From NCBI RefSeq assembly GCF_057098645.1, contig NZ_CM169472.1: DNA of 64,000 nt. The stretch is one strand, 5' to 3'. This document shows, one piece after another, positions 38,789-50,176 of the stretch. Position numbers and translations under genes: made by a program. Below the pieces are notes generated by a model. The model did no database searches. It was not told the DNA's origin and saw only the letters and a program-made list of their open reading frames with translations. Within the stretch, counting starts at the first letter, position 1. Each line of letters starts with the position of its first letter.

Positions 38789-39535
38789 TTACTGACGGTG
38801 GACATTCAGCCCGGCATAGCTTTGGGTAACCGGCATCATTTCCAGGGTATTGATATTGACGTGAGCAGGCAGCGTTGACACCCACCAGACGGCTTCGCTG
38901 ACATCTTCTGGCGTTAATGCAACGGTATTTTGATAGGTTTTTTCCGCTTTACCGTCATCGCCTTTAAAGCGGACATTGGAAAACTCGGTGCCACCCACCA
39001 GACCCGGTTCGATGTCGGTGACGCGCACCGCCGTACCATGCAGATCCGTACGCAGATTCAGGCTAAACTGACGAACAAACGCTTTCGTCGCACCGTAAAC
39101 GTTACCACCGGCATACGGCCAGCTACCTGCCGTTGAGCCAATGTTAATAATATGACCATGATTACGTTCAACCATACCCGGTAAGACGGCGCGCGTCATA
39201 TATACCAGGCCTTTGTTGTTGGTATCAATCATCGTCTCCCAGTCTTCAACGCTGGCTTTATGCGCAGGCTCCATGCCCAACGCCAGGCCAGCATTGTTTA
39301 CCAGGATATCAATATTGCTCCACTCGGCAGGGAGCGATGCCAGCATCTCTTCAATAGCGGCGCGGTTGCGAACGTCCAGTTGGGCGATATACAGATTATC
39401 TCCCAGTTCGTCTTTTAACTCCTGCAACCGTTCCTGGCGACGGCCAGTGGCGATAACTTTATGCCCTTGTTGAATAAAACGACGAGTAATGCATTCACCA
39501 AAACCTGCCGTTGCTCCAGTTACTAAAACGATCAT
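38789..39535 (-). CDS. ydfG: NADP-dependent 3-hydroxy acid dehydrogenase YdfG (SDR)
   Basis: 248 aa from MIVLVTGATAGFGE (Rossmann motif). Confidence 0.85.
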   Translation of the reverse strand: MIVLVTGATAGFGECITRRFIQQGHKVIATGRRQERLQELKDELGDNLYIAQLDVRNRAAIEEMLASLPAEWSNIDILVNNAGLALGMEPAHKASVEDWETMIDTNNKGLVYMTRAVLPGMVERNHGHIINIGSTAGSWPYAGGNVYGATKAFVRQFSLNLRTDLHGTAVRVTDIEPGLVGGTEFSNVRFKGDDGKAEKTYQNTVALTPEDVSEAVWWVSTLPAHVNINTLEMMPVTQSYAGLNVHRQ

Positions 39536-39671
39536 CTCACTGTTCCTCAACGCTTTTGTGTGTCAATAACATAGCACGTGATGCTTAAGAGCGGGTAATA
39601 CTGGTTTGCAAGATTGCACTCCGTTATCAGTAAGCCTACGCTATGGAACACCTCGCGTTCAGGAGAAGAAA

Positions 39672-41717
39672 ATGACAACAATGAATCCTTTCCTTGTGCA
39701 AAGCACACTGCCGTATCTGGCTCCCCATTTTGATCAAATTGCCAATCATCACTATCGCCCGGCATTCGATGAGGGAATGCTGCAAAAGCGGGCAGAAATT
39801 GCTGCCATCGCGCTTAACCCGCAAACACCTGATTTCAATAATACTATTCTGGCACTGGAACAAAGCGGAGAATTACTTACCCGCGTTACCAGCGTCTTTT
39901 TTGCGATGACTGCGGCGCATACCAATGATGAATTACAGCGTCTTGACGAGCAGTTTTCCGCTGAACTGGCGGAACTGGCTAATGATATCTATCTGAACGG
40001 TGAATTATTCGCGCGGGTAGATGCTGTCTGGCAACGCCGTGAATCTCTGGGGCTTGATAGTGAATCCATCCGCCTGGTGGAGGTGATTCATCAACGTTTT
40101 GTCCTAGCCGGAGCCAAACTTGCACAAGCTGATAAAGCAAAATTAAAAGTACTGAATACAGAAGCTGCGACCCTGACCAGCCAGTTTAACCAGCGATTAC
40201 TGGCAGCAAATAAATCCGGCGGTCTGGTTGTGAACGATATCGCGCAGCTGGCAGGAATGAGTGAGCAAGAGATTGCGCTGGCGGCAGAGGCGGCTCGCGA
40301 GAAAGGTCTGGATAACAAATGGCTGATTCCGCTGCTGAATACCACCCAACAACCGGCGCTTGCCGAAATGCGCGATCGTGCGACGCGTGAAAAACTGTTT
40401 ATTGCGGGCTGGACGCGAGCGGAAAAAAATGATGCCAATGATACCCGCGCTATCATTCAACGTCTGGTGGAGATCCGTGCACAACAGGCAACACTACTTG
40501 GTTTTCCTCATTATGCCGCATGGAAAATCGCCGATCAGATGGCAAAAACACCTGAAGCAGCACTCAATTTTATGCGGGAAATTGTTCCAGCGGCGCGTCA
40601 ACGTGCGAGTGATGAATTAGCCTCCATACAGGCGGTTATTGATAAGCAGCAGGGCGGGTTTAGCGCGCAGCCGTGGGACTGGGCATTTTATGCCGAACAG
40701 GTCCGGCGAGAGAAATTTGATCTTGATGAGGCGCAGCTCAAGCCATATTTTGAATTAAACACGGTGTTGAATGAAGGTGTATTCTGGACCGCGAATCAGC
40801 TCTTCGGTATTAAGTTTGTCGAACGTTTTGATATTCCTGTCTACCATCCTGACGTTCGGGTGTGGGAAATTTTTGATCATAATGGCGTGGGGCTGGCGTT
40901 ATTTTACGGTGATTTCTTCGCCCGTGATTCAAAAAGCGGCGGTGCATGGATGGGCAATTTTGTTGAGCAATCAACGCTTAATGAAACGCATCCGGTAATT
41001 TATAACGTCTGCAATTATCAGAAACCCGCTGCCGGTGAGCCTGCGTTGTTACTCTGGGATGATGTCATAACCTTATTCCATGAATTTGGTCATACGCTGC
41101 ACGGCCTTTTTGCCCGCCAGCGTTTTGCCACGCTCTCCGGTTCCAACACGCCGCGTGATTTTGTCGAATTTCCGTCGCAAATCAACGAACACTGGGCAAC
41201 GCATCCGCAGGTATTCGCTCGCTACGCCCGGCATTATCAGAGCGGGGCAGCAATGCCTGACGAACTGCAACAGAAAATGCGTAATGCCAGCCTGTTCAAC
41301 AAAGGGTATGAGATGAGCGAACTGCTTAGCGCCGCACTTCTCGATATGCGCTGGCATTGCCTGGAAGAAAACGAAGCAATGCAGGATGTCGATGATTTTG
41401 AATTGCGGGCGCTGGTGGCAGAAAATATGGATCTTCCTGCTATACCGCCACGCTATCGCAGCAGTTATTTTGCCCATATTTTTGGTGGCGGATATGCCGC
41501 AGGTTATTACGCTTATCTGTGGACGCAAATGTTGGCCGATGATGGTTACCAGTGGTTTGTTGAGCAGGGCGGATTAACGCGTGAAAATGGGCTGCGTTTT
41601 CGCGAGGCGATCCTTTCCAGAGGTAACAGCGAAGATCTGGAACGCCTGTATCGACAATGGCGCGGTAAGGCTCCTCAGATTATGTCGATGCTGCAACATC
41701 GTGGCTTGAACATATAA
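39672..41717 (+). CDS. dcp: Dipeptidyl carboxypeptidase II (M3 family)
   Basis: 681 aa from MTTMNPFLVQ; zinc motif HEFGHTLH. Confidence 0.9.
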   Translation: MTTMNPFLVQSTLPYLAPHFDQIANHHYRPAFDEGMLQKRAEIAAIALNPQTPDFNNTILALEQSGELLTRVTSVFFAMTAAHTNDELQRLDEQFSAELAELANDIYLNGELFARVDAVWQRRESLGLDSESIRLVEVIHQRFVLAGAKLAQADKAKLKVLNTEAATLTSQFNQRLLAANKSGGLVVNDIAQLAGMSEQEIALAAEAAREKGLDNKWLIPLLNTTQQPALAEMRDRATREKLFIAGWTRAEKNDANDTRAIIQRLVEIRAQQATLLGFPHYAAWKIADQMAKTPEAALNFMREIVPAARQRASDELASIQAVIDKQQGGFSAQPWDWAFYAEQVRREKFDLDEAQLKPYFELNTVLNEGVFWTANQLFGIKFVERFDIPVYHPDVRVWEIFDHNGVGLALFYGDFFARDSKSGGAWMGNFVEQSTLNETHPVIYNVCNYQKPAAGEPALLLWDDVITLFHEFGHTLHGLFARQRFATLSGSNTPRDFVEFPSQINEHWATHPQVFARYARHYQSGAAMPDELQQKMRNASLFNKGYEMSELLSAALLDMRWHCLEENEAMQDVDDFELRALVAENMDLPAIPPRYRSSYFAHIFGGGYAAGYYAYLWTQMLADDGYQWFVEQGGLTRENGLRFREAILSRGNSEDLERLYRQWRGKAPQIMSMLQHRGLNI

Positions 41718-41761
41718 ACACCACCAATGGCTGTCCTGGAGATATCGCCAGGCCAGCCTGG

Positions 41762-42280
41762 TTATAGCAGTAACTGCAGCAGCTGGGCGAGGGCAAACCT
41801 CACCGCTAAAGCTAATACCGTTTCGCAGTCGCCAGCAAAATGCATAACCGCAGTGTAGTTCTGGCCTTTAATATGCCACGCGAACCAGACGGTACCCGCT
41901 GGCGTACCATCTTCACCGCCCTCCGGTCCGCCGTAGCCGGTAATGGCAATACTGACATCAGCATCCGCACGCTCTATGGCACCGGTTGCCATTTCTGCTG
42001 CCACTTTCTCACTCACCGCAGAATATCGTTCAAGAGATTGCTGGCTTACGCTGAGGATTTTCATCTTTGCCTGATCGGTGAAAGTAACAAAGCCTGCACC
42101 GTAAAATTTGGGTGTATCTTCAGCTGCACACAGGGCGCTAGCCAACTTACCGCCGGTGCATGATTCGGCGGTAGTTAAGCGTAATTGATCCGCGATAAGT
42201 CTTTGACTCAACGCGGATGTCAGGTTTTCAATAGTGTCGGTATCTGCAAGTTGTACAATTTTATTTCTATTAATGTTCAC
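41762..42280 (-). CDS. ydeJ: CinA-like competence/damage-inducible domain protein YdeJ
   Basis: 172 aa; position as in K-12. Confidence 0.8.
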   Translation of the reverse strand: MNINRNKIVQLADTDTIENLTSALSQRLIADQLRLTTAESCTGGKLASALCAAEDTPKFYGAGFVTFTDQAKMKILSVSQQSLERYSAVSEKVAAEMATGAIERADADVSIAITGYGGPEGGEDGTPAGTVWFAWHIKGQNYTAVMHFAGDCETVLALAVRFALAQLLQLLL

Positions 42281-42555
42281 TGTTTTTTGTCCACGCTTTT
42301 ATATGTAAAGGTGATTTGCTTTTTCTGTATGCTCGTCCAATATAATAATTTCCAAACATATAAATCCGATTATTCTGAAAATATGTTTAAGACTTTTCAA
42401 TCTTCTTAACTTTAGTGAGTTAAATTCTCTGAATATTTGACAGCTAGTTGGCTGATTTTAAATGCCTTATAACAATTGGCAGTATTCTTATTTGGCAATT
42501 ATAAAAATAGCAACCAGACTTAATAAGTCAAACCAAACGCAATTAAGGAGTTAGT

Positions 42556-42948
42556 ATGAAATTTCAGGCCATTGTATTAGCAAGTTTTCTTGTCATGCCT
42601 TATGCGTTGGCAGATGACCAGGGCGGTTTAAAACAGGATGCAGCGCCACCGCCGCCTCATGCAATAGAAGATGGCTATCGCGGCACCGATGATGCAAAAA
42701 AAATGACCGTTGATTTCGCAAAAACCATGCACGATGGCGCTTCGGTTTCACTACGCGGTAATTTGATTTCTCACAAAGGAGAGGACCGTTACGTTTTTCG
42801 CGATAAGAGCGGTGAAATTAATGTTGTTATTCCTGCGGCCGTCTTTGATGGACGAGAAGTTCAGCCGGACCAGATGATCAACATTAGCGGCAGTCTCGAT
42901 AAGAAAAGCGCGCCGGCCGTCGTTCGGGTCACTCATTTGCAGAAATAA
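42556..42948 (+). CDS. ydeI: Periplasmic OB-fold stress protein YdeI (BOF/YgiW family)
   Basis: 130 aa with signal peptide. Confidence 0.8.
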
Positions 42949-43202
42949 AAATAAATTAGCCTGATGGCCTGAACTACTGGGCCATTAGGGTATTGGGTTA
43001 TGCTATTTGTCATCCTTTTATTTACGATAATGCAGAGGTAATTTACAGAATTAAACACTTTTTTATCCGCTGATTTTGTTTTAAATCACAATGTTATCTC
43101 AGAAATGACTCATAACTTCGGATTTCTATGAAAATATTGACGTAATTTTGCTTTTCTCTCGTTAGAATAGCGCACACAAGGAACTGTGAAAAAGGAGTGG
43201 CA

Positions 43203-44093
43203 ATGATCAAGAAGACAACGGAAATTGATGCCATCTTGTTAAATCTCAATAAGGCTATCGATGCCCACTACCAGTGGCTGGTGAGTATGTTTCACAGCGT
43301 GGTCGCGAGAGATGCCAGTAAGCCAGAAATAACGGATAACCATTCTTATGGACTGTGCCAGTTTGGTCGGTGGATTGATCATCTGGGGCCACTCGATAAC
43401 GATGAATTACCTTACGTTCGGCTAATGGATTCTGCCCATCAACATATGCATAACTGTGGTCGGGAATTAATGCTGGCTATTGTTGAAAATCACTGGCAGG
43501 ACGCGCATTTCGACGCCTTTCAGGAGGGGTTGCTTTCTTTTACTGCGGCATTAACCGATTATAAAATTTATTTGCTGACGATCCGTAGCAATATGGATGT
43601 TTTGACGGGATTGCCGGGGCGTCGGGTTCTTGATGAATCCTTTGATCATCAGTTACGCAACGCTGAGCCTCTGAATCTTTATTTAATGTTGTTGGATATT
43701 GACCGATTTAAATTGGTTAATGATACCTACGGGCATTTAATCGGCGATGTAGTATTACGCACCCTGGCAACTTACTTAGCCAGTTGGACGCGTGATTACG
43801 AAACGGTTTATCGCTACGGGGGGGAAGAATTTATCATTATTGTTAAAGCGGCTAATGATGAAGAAGCATGTCGTGCAGGTGTCAGAATTTGCCAGTTAGT
43901 CGATAACCATGCCATCACACATTCTGAAGGGCATATCAACATTACCGTGACAGCAGGTGTGAGTCGCGCATTTCCTGAAGAGCCTCTGGATGTGGTCATT
44001 GGAAGAGCGGACCGGGCAATGTATGAGGGTAAGCTAACCGGAAGAAATCGCTGCATGTTTATTGACGAACAAAACGTGATTAACCGAGTTTAA
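43203..44093 (+). CDS. dgcZ: Zinc-sensing diguanylate cyclase DgcZ (YdeH)
   Basis: 296 aa from MIKKTTEIDAILLNL; GGDEF motif RYGGEEF. Confidence 0.85.
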   Translation: MIKKTTEIDAILLNLNKAIDAHYQWLVSMFHSVVARDASKPEITDNHSYGLCQFGRWIDHLGPLDNDELPYVRLMDSAHQHMHNCGRELMLAIVENHWQDAHFDAFQEGLLSFTAALTDYKIYLLTIRSNMDVLTGLPGRRVLDESFDHQLRNAEPLNLYLMLLDIDRFKLVNDTYGHLIGDVVLRTLATYLASWTRDYETVYRYGGEEFIIIVKAANDEEACRAGVRICQLVDNHAITHSEGHINITVTAGVSRAFPEEPLDVVIGRADRAMYEGKLTGRNRCMFIDEQNVINRV

Positions 44094-44139
44094 GCTCCGT
44101 TTAACATTTATTGAGAAAACTGATGCTACTGTGTCAACG

Positions 44140-44238
44140 ATCCGTTATCAGTGCAGGAAAATGCCTGTTAGCGTAAAAGCAAAACACAAATCTATCCATG
44201 CAAGCATTCACCGCCGGTTTACTGGCGGTTTTTTTTCG
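44140..44238 (+). ncRNA. mgrR: Possible sRNA MgrR; boundaries approximate
   Basis: Strong plus-strand intrinsic terminator (CCGCCGG...CTGGCGG followed by T8) at about 44212-44238 in the dgcZ-mgtS intergenic region; PhoP-box-like GTTTAA-N5-ATTGAG upstream. Start not determined. Confidence 0.3.
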
Positions 44239-44311
44239 CCGTCATAAAAATCAGGCCCCTTGTACACAACTGTAACAAGGGGCCGGTTAGGTGAGGGATT
44301 ATCTCCGTTCA

Positions 44312-44407
44312 TTAGTCATCCCATTTGTGGCTGAAATACGCGGCCAGAAAACCAGAAAATAAAATTATTCCCAGTACGGCCATAAAAACATTCATATTAC
44401 CCAGCAT
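44312..44407 (-). CDS. mgtS: Small membrane protein MgtS (YneM), 31 aa
   Basis: Minus-strand translation MLGNMNVFMAVLGIILFSGFLAAYFSHKWDD; hairpin plus T-run downstream on the minus strand. Confidence 0.55.
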   Translation of the reverse strand: MLGNMNVFMAVLGIILFSGFLAAYFSHKWDD

Positions 44408-44533
44408 TATTTGCCTCCGTTTATGGTGTGGTGTGTTTCCTCGCTTACCTTAATTTTCATCTCAATGAGAAAGATATTAGCAGAGGTAACCTAAACGAAG
44501 GCTGAATTAAATCTTTATTGTGTTCGACTTAAA

Positions 44534-45721
44534 TCAACAAAGCGCGGGCTGCCCCCACGGTTTTGCACGAATCCCTTTTAACATCAGTACCCACGCAGCA
44601 ATAATCACCAACGCTAAGATGATAAACAGCGAGGAAGGCGGCAGGTTAGTTAGTACTAGGCCACTCACTAATGGGTTAATTGCGGCACCAAGCCAGCCTA
44701 AAGACTGGGCGGAAAAATAGCTGGCTTTCATTCCTGGCGGCGCAATATGGTCAATCAACATATACTCGCCCGGCGCATAAATTATTTCACCGACAGTAAA
44801 TACCGCAGCTGACATACCCCACAATAGCAGGCTGTTTCCGGAAAAAATAAAACCGACCAGACCGATGACGAAACAGAGGGTGCCTGCTGTCATCAGCGCG
44901 CGGATGTTAGCCGGGTTAAGTCGGCGGCCCACGGAATATTGCAACGTAACTACCATGGCGGCATTCACCGGAAGAACAACCGCGACCACCTTTTCGGCAA
45001 AATCACCATCAGCAATCACCATCACATATTGTGAAATGCATGAAGCAAATGCGCCACTAACAAAAGAAGCCAGAAAGCCAGAGCAGGTAAACCACAACAG
45101 TGCCTTATCTTGTAATAAAACTTTCGGCGACCAGACACTGCCTGTTTCCGTGGCGATGATTTTCTCGCTGCGCTTTACCCAAATTTGAATGAAAAACATG
45201 GGAAACGCAGAGCAGATAGCGGCCAGCCAAAAGGGCAGATTGATGCTCTGCATGACCAACAGCGTGCCGAGTGGCGGGCCGACGGTCCAGCCAATATTGA
45301 GCATGGTGTAGTTGATCGAGAAGATCTTCGTTTTGCTGGTGGATGAAAGATTGTCGGCAAACCAGGCTTTCAACACTGTGGCAAAAACGGAATAGGCGCA
45401 GTTGATGAGTGCGAAAAAAAGTACCACCAGCGTGACGCTGTCCACCAGGGGAATAGCAATAAAACCGCTGGCGAAGGCCGTAATTGCCAGTAACATATAG
45501 CGTTTCTTGTCGAACTTATCCGCCAGGATACCAAAACCGAGGCTAAAAACGACGCCAATAGTGAGCGCAATTGTCATTGCATAACCAATGAGATCGATAC
45601 TCAGGCTGTACTGACGACTTAAGTAAATGGTCATAAATGGCAGCGTAGCGCCGCGTCCGATGGTTAATAACAACGACGAGGCAAGAAGGGCGCTGGTAGA
45701 GCGTCGTAGGGATAAGTTCAT
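44534..45721 (-). CDS. ydeE: MFS transporter YdeE
   Basis: 395 aa, 12-TM MFS. Confidence 0.85.
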   Translation of the reverse strand: MNLSLRRSTSALLASSLLLTIGRGATLPFMTIYLSRQYSLSIDLIGYAMTIALTIGVVFSLGFGILADKFDKKRYMLLAITAFASGFIAIPLVDSVTLVVLFFALINCAYSVFATVLKAWFADNLSSTSKTKIFSINYTMLNIGWTVGPPLGTLLVMQSINLPFWLAAICSAFPMFFIQIWVKRSEKIIATETGSVWSPKVLLQDKALLWFTCSGFLASFVSGAFASCISQYVMVIADGDFAEKVVAVVLPVNAAMVVTLQYSVGRRLNPANIRALMTAGTLCFVIGLVGFIFSGNSLLLWGMSAAVFTVGEIIYAPGEYMLIDHIAPPGMKASYFSAQSLGWLGAAINPLVSGLVLTNLPPSSLFIILALVIIAAWVLMLKGIRAKPWGQPALC

Positions 45722-45915
45722 TTGTCTGTCCGGCAGTGCGTTTCGTTATGTTTTGTTTTAGAGATGTAAAGAAATAGCATGGCAAAAATCCGAAGTATAG
45801 CGACTTATTTGCGCATTAATGCCGTCGTAACCGGCGACTAGCGAATCAACTGTTAAAGAAAAGTAAATTCAGCTAAGTTGATTGCTTACAAAAGATGAAA
45901 TTCAGAGGCGGTAGA

Positions 45916-46815
45916 ATGTCGCGAAAAGATGGGGTGTTGGCGCTACTGGTAGTGGTCGTATGGGGGCTAAATTTTGTGGTCATCAAAGTGGGGCTTCATA
46001 ACATGCCACCGCTGATGCTGGCCGGTTTGCGCTTTATGCTGGTCGCTTTTCCGGCCATCTTTTTTGTCGCACGACCGAAAGTACCACTGAATTTGCTGCT
46101 GGGGTATGGATTAACCATCAGTTTTGCGCAGTTTGCCTTTCTCTTCTGCGCCATTAACTTTGGTATGCCTGCTGGACTGGCTTCGCTGGTGTTACAGGCT
46201 CAGGCGTTTTTTACTATCGTGCTTGGCGCGTTTACTTTCGGTGAGCGACTGCATGGCAAACAATTGGCGGGGATCGCCTTAGCGATTTTTGGCGTAGTGG
46301 TGTTAATCGAAGATAGTCTGAACGGTCAGCATGTGGCGATGCTCGGCTTTATGTTGACCCTGGCGGCAGCATTTAGTTGGGCGAGTGGCAATATCTTCAA
46401 CAAAAAGATCATGTCTCATTCATCCCGTCCGGCGGTAATGTCTCTGGTTGTCTGGAGCGCATTAATCCCGATAATTCCGTTTTTTGTCGCCTCGCTCATT
46501 CTCGATGGCTCCGGAAAAATGATTCACAGTCTGGTCACTATCGACATGACCACCATTCTGGCGTTGATGTATCTGGCATTTGTAGCGACGATAGTTGGCT
46601 ACGGGATTTGGGGTACGCTGCTTGGACGCTATGAAACATGGCGTGTCGCACCATTATCATTACTGGTGCCGGTAGTCGGTCTGGCAAGTGCAGCGTTACT
46701 GCTGGATGAACGCTTAACAGGTCTGCAATTCTTAGGGGCTGTGCTCATTATGGCCGGACTGTATATCAATGTATTTGGTTTGCAGTGGCGTAAAGCAGTG
46801 AAGGTAAGAGGTTAA
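45916..46815 (+). CDS. eamA: Cysteine/O-acetylserine exporter EamA (YdeD)
   Basis: 299 aa from MSRKDGVLALLVVVVWGLNF; DMT family. Confidence 0.85.
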   Translation: MSRKDGVLALLVVVVWGLNFVVIKVGLHNMPPLMLAGLRFMLVAFPAIFFVARPKVPLNLLLGYGLTISFAQFAFLFCAINFGMPAGLASLVLQAQAFFTIVLGAFTFGERLHGKQLAGIALAIFGVVVLIEDSLNGQHVAMLGFMLTLAAAFSWASGNIFNKKIMSHSSRPAVMSLVVWSALIPIIPFFVASLILDGSGKMIHSLVTIDMTTILALMYLAFVATIVGYGIWGTLLGRYETWRVAPLSLLVPVVGLASAALLLDERLTGLQFLGAVLIMAGLYINVFGLQWRKAVKVRG

Positions 46816-46845
46816 CAAGCCCCGATATGCCGGGGCCTGAATATA

Positions 46846-47064
46846 CTACATGGCTTGTTGGTTATAATAGGGCACGCCCAGCGCATCCGATTTGTCACTG
46901 CCTGTACCCATGTGATTTAAATCGAACGGTGGTTGTTCCTGCGATGGGGGAACAACCACCACATCGCCACAGGAAGTAACGAGCGGTTGCTGGGTTTGTT
47001 CCGCAAAGCCCTGCGCGGAAAAGAGAATAAGCGCAGCTGCTATTGCGGATAAAAGTGGTTTCAT
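46846..47064 (-). CDS. marB: Multiple antibiotic resistance protein MarB
   Basis: 72 aa with signal peptide; directly downstream of marA. Confidence 0.85.
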   Translation of the reverse strand: MKPLLSAIAAALILFSAQGFAEQTQQPLVTSCGDVVVVPPSQEQPPFDLNHMGTGSDKSDALGVPYYNQQAM

Positions 47065-47095
47065 GATTGCCTCAGTGACGTTGTCACGTTTTCAA

Positions 47096-47479
47096 CTAGC
47101 TGTTGTAATGATTTAATGGATGTAAAAAGCGCGATTCGCCCTGCATATTGGTCATCCGGTATTTATGCGGCGGAACATCAAAGTAATTTTTGAAGGTTCG
47201 GGTCAGAGTTTGTTGCGACTCGAAGCCATATCGTTCTGCCAGATAGAGTATCGGCTCGTTACTTTCCTTCAGCTTTTGCGCGATTTCCGTCATCTTACGG
47301 CTGCGGATGTATTGGCCTAATGAATGACCGGTTTCTTTTTTAAACATCCGTTGCAGGTGCCATTTGGAGTAACCCGAACGCTCTGACACTTTCTCCAGTG
47401 ACAGTGGCGATTCCAGGTTGTCCTCGATCCAGTCCAAAATGCTATGAATGGTAATAGCGTCAGTATTGCGTCTGGACAT
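47096..47479 (-). CDS. marA: Transcriptional activator MarA (AraC/XylS family)
   Basis: 127 aa from [46 protein letters not shown]. Confidence 0.9.
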
Positions 47480-47499
47480 CGTCATACCTCATTTTTTGT

Positions 47500-47934
47500 T
47501 TACGGCAGGACTTTCTTAAGCAAATGCTCAAGTGTTGCCACTTCGTCCGCCGTCAGGTTTTTTGTTAATTCTTGATGCAGGTCCTGGCCAACTAATTGAT
47601 GGCATTGTTCACATATTGCCGCGCCGCTGGTGGTAAGTTTTACCAGTACGCCGCGCTTATCATTCGGGTTCGGCAACCTTTCCACCCAGCCTTTACAGAC
47701 CAGGCGATCCAGCATACGGGTCAGTGCTCCCAGGTCGACCGACAACACTTTTTTCAGTTCAACCGGAGTAATACACGCCGCGCAGCGGATAGAGCAGAGC
47801 ACCTTAAACTGTGCCGCGGTAATATCCAGCGGAGACAGATACTCGTTAAGCAGACGATCTTTCTTCTGATTAACCATATGGATTAAGCGACCCAATGGAA
47901 TAATTTCATTGAACAGATCGCTGGTACTTTTCAC
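47500..47934 (-). CDS. marR: Repressor MarR
   Basis: 144 aa, MKSTSDLFNEIIPLGRLIHMVNQKKDRLLNEYL...; carries Ser103 and His137. Confidence 0.9.
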   Translation of the reverse strand: MKSTSDLFNEIIPLGRLIHMVNQKKDRLLNEYLSPLDITAAQFKVLCSIRCAACITPVELKKVLSVDLGALTRMLDRLVCKGWVERLPNPNDKRGVLVKLTTSGAAICEQCHQLVGQDLHQELTKNLTADEVATLEHLLKKVLP

Positions 47935-47935
47935 A

Positions 47936-48040
47936 TTAGTTGCCCTGGCAAGTAATTAGTTGCAGGGGATAATATTGCCCAGGCAAGTATAAGTCAAATG
48001 AATGAATTGACGGATGCCACGTTTTGCTAAATCGGTTCAA
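47936..48040 (-). promoter_or_regulatory. marO operator/promoter: two MarR palindromes and the marbox
   Basis: TTGCCCTGGCAA at 47940-47951 and TTGCCCAGGCAA at 47975-47986; marbox GATTTAGCAAAACGTGGCATC (reverse complement of 48013-48033). Confidence 0.7.
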
Positions 48041-48145
48041 GTTTTGGTCAATGCGATGCAAGGTTAGCTAAAGAGTGACACTTTATCCTTGTTTACCCCT
48101 TATACTTTTCGCTGATAACCCAGATACACAGGATAACAACCACCA

Positions 48146-48811
48146 ATGTTAGATTTGTTTAAAGCAATTGGCCTGGGGCTGGTGGTGTTACTGCCGTTAG
48201 CTAACCCATTAACAACTGTCGCGTTATTTCTTGGCCTGGCAGGCAACATGAACAGTGCCGAACGTAATCGTCAGTCGTTGATGGCCTCGGTGTACGTCTT
48301 TGCCATCATGATGGTGGCGTATTACGCCGGGCAACTGGTGATGGATACATTTGGCATTTCGATTCCCGGTCTGCGAATTGCAGGCGGCTTAATCGTCGCG
48401 TTTATCGGTTTTCGGATGCTCTTTCCGCAACAGAAAGCGATTGATTCACCGGAGGCGAAAAGCAAGTCGGAAGAGCTGGAAGATGAACCCAGTGCCAATA
48501 TTGCTTTTGTACCACTGGCAATGCCAAGTACCGCCGGTCCGGGAACCATAGCGATGATTATTAGCTCGGCGTCCACAGTGCGTCAGAGTTCAACCTTTGC
48601 TGATTGGGTACTGATGGTTGCGCCGCCGCTGATCTTTTTCCTGGTGGCGGTTATTTTGTGGGGAAGTCTACGCAGCTCTGGCGCAATTATGCGGCTGGTG
48701 GGCAAGGGGGGAATTGAAGCGATCTCCCGCCTGATGGGGTTCCTGCTGGTATGTATGGGTGTGCAGTTTATTATTAACGGCATCCTGGAAATCATTAAAA
48801 CGTATCATTAA
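48146..48811 (+). CDS. marC: Inner membrane protein MarC
   Basis: 221 aa; divergent from marRAB. Confidence 0.9.
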   Translation: MLDLFKAIGLGLVVLLPLANPLTTVALFLGLAGNMNSAERNRQSLMASVYVFAIMMVAYYAGQLVMDTFGISIPGLRIAGGLIVAFIGFRMLFPQQKAIDSPEAKSKSEELEDEPSANIAFVPLAMPSTAGPGTIAMIISSASTVRQSSTFADWVLMVAPPLIFFLVAVILWGSLRSSGAIMRLVGKGGIEAISRLMGFLLVCMGVQFIINGILEIIKTYH

Positions 48812-48812
48812 A

Positions 48813-48832
48813 AAAGGCCCGAATGGGCCTTT
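48813..48832. terminator. Hairpin between the convergent marC and ydeA genes
   Basis: AAAGGCCC-gaat-GGGCCTTT. Confidence 0.5.
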
Positions 48833-48835
48833 CAA

Positions 48836-50026
48836 CTATTGCGTCTGTTCTTCGAGTGTCACTGGCCAGCGGCGAAATATAATGATTGACCATATTAACG
48901 CGGCAAAAGCAGGCACCGCGCCCACATAACCAATCATCGACATTGACCAGTGCAGACTCACCTGATTACCTACCAACGCACCCGCCCCGATTCCAATATT
49001 AAATATCCCGGAGAATAGCGCCATCGCGACGTCGGTGGCATCTGGTGCCAGCGCAAGCACTTTAACCTGCATACCAAGCCCGATGATCATCATCGCGATC
49101 CCCCAGAAAATACTCAGCACCCCGAGGTGTATTTCACTGTTCGCCGCAGGTAGCAGCAGTGCCAGACACACCAGCAACAGCGCAATCGCCGTACTTACCA
49201 ACGCAGACGCATATTGATTACCCAGTTTACCGAAAATCACGCTGCCAATAATGCCCGCACCACCGAGTAATAACAGTAATGCCGTGGCAAAGTTGGCGCT
49301 GAATCCCGCAATGTTTTGCACAAAAGGCTCGATATAGCTGTATGCCGTGTAATGGGCGGTGACAACCACCACAGTTAACAAATAAATGCTCATCAATGCC
49401 GGGCGGCGGAACAATAGCGGGAGGCTTTTCAATGAACCGGAATGCTCACTGGGCAGTAAGGGAAGTAACTTAATCAGGCACAAAAGGGTAATAAGCGCCC
49501 CGATACCAATCGCGAAGAAGGTCATTCGCCAACCGAAATACTGCCCCACAATGCGCCCGAGAGGTAATCCTAATACCATTGCCAGTGCTGTACCTGTGGC
49601 AATTAAACTCAATGCCTGTGCTCGCTTCCCGGCCGGAGCCATACGGATCGCCAGGGACGCCGTAATCGACCAGAAAATCGCATGTGCAAAAGCCACACCA
49701 ATGCGACTGATCACCAGAACGGTAAAGCTCCACGATAAAAACGACAGTACGTGGCTGGCAATAAACACCACAAACAGGCAGATCAGTAATTTGCGCCGTT
49801 CAACCTGGCTGGTCATTAGCATAAAAGGCAATGACATTAGCGCTACTACCCATGCGTAAATGGTCAACATAATGCCGACCTGAGCGGTTTGCATGTGAAA
49901 ACTTTGCGCAATGTCAGAGAGCAGGCCAACAGGGACAAATTCGGTGGTGTTGAAGATGAAGGCGGCGACTGCCAGCGTAACGACCCGTAGCCACGCCACT
50001 TTGCGGGAAACAGTGTTTGTTGTCAT
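48836..50026 (-). CDS. ydeA: Sugar efflux MFS transporter YdeA (SotB)
   Basis: 396 aa, 12-TM MFS. Confidence 0.85.
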
Positions 50027-50176
50027 AACAGATTATCGGGTGAGTTGCGAAAAAGTGATGAAATGATCTTAAAACGGTTAATGATGTGAATACAATGCAT
50101 TTGTGATCTGGATCGCGTTTTCCGTTTCTCTGACGCTGATTCTTTCACGCGTCAGAGAGACGGTAAACATCACGGT

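Noticed and set aside
47500..47934. MarR residues Ser103 and His137
   Set aside because: These match the common natural MarR variants G103S and Y137H, which as far as I recall occur in susceptible isolates and are not resistance mutations.
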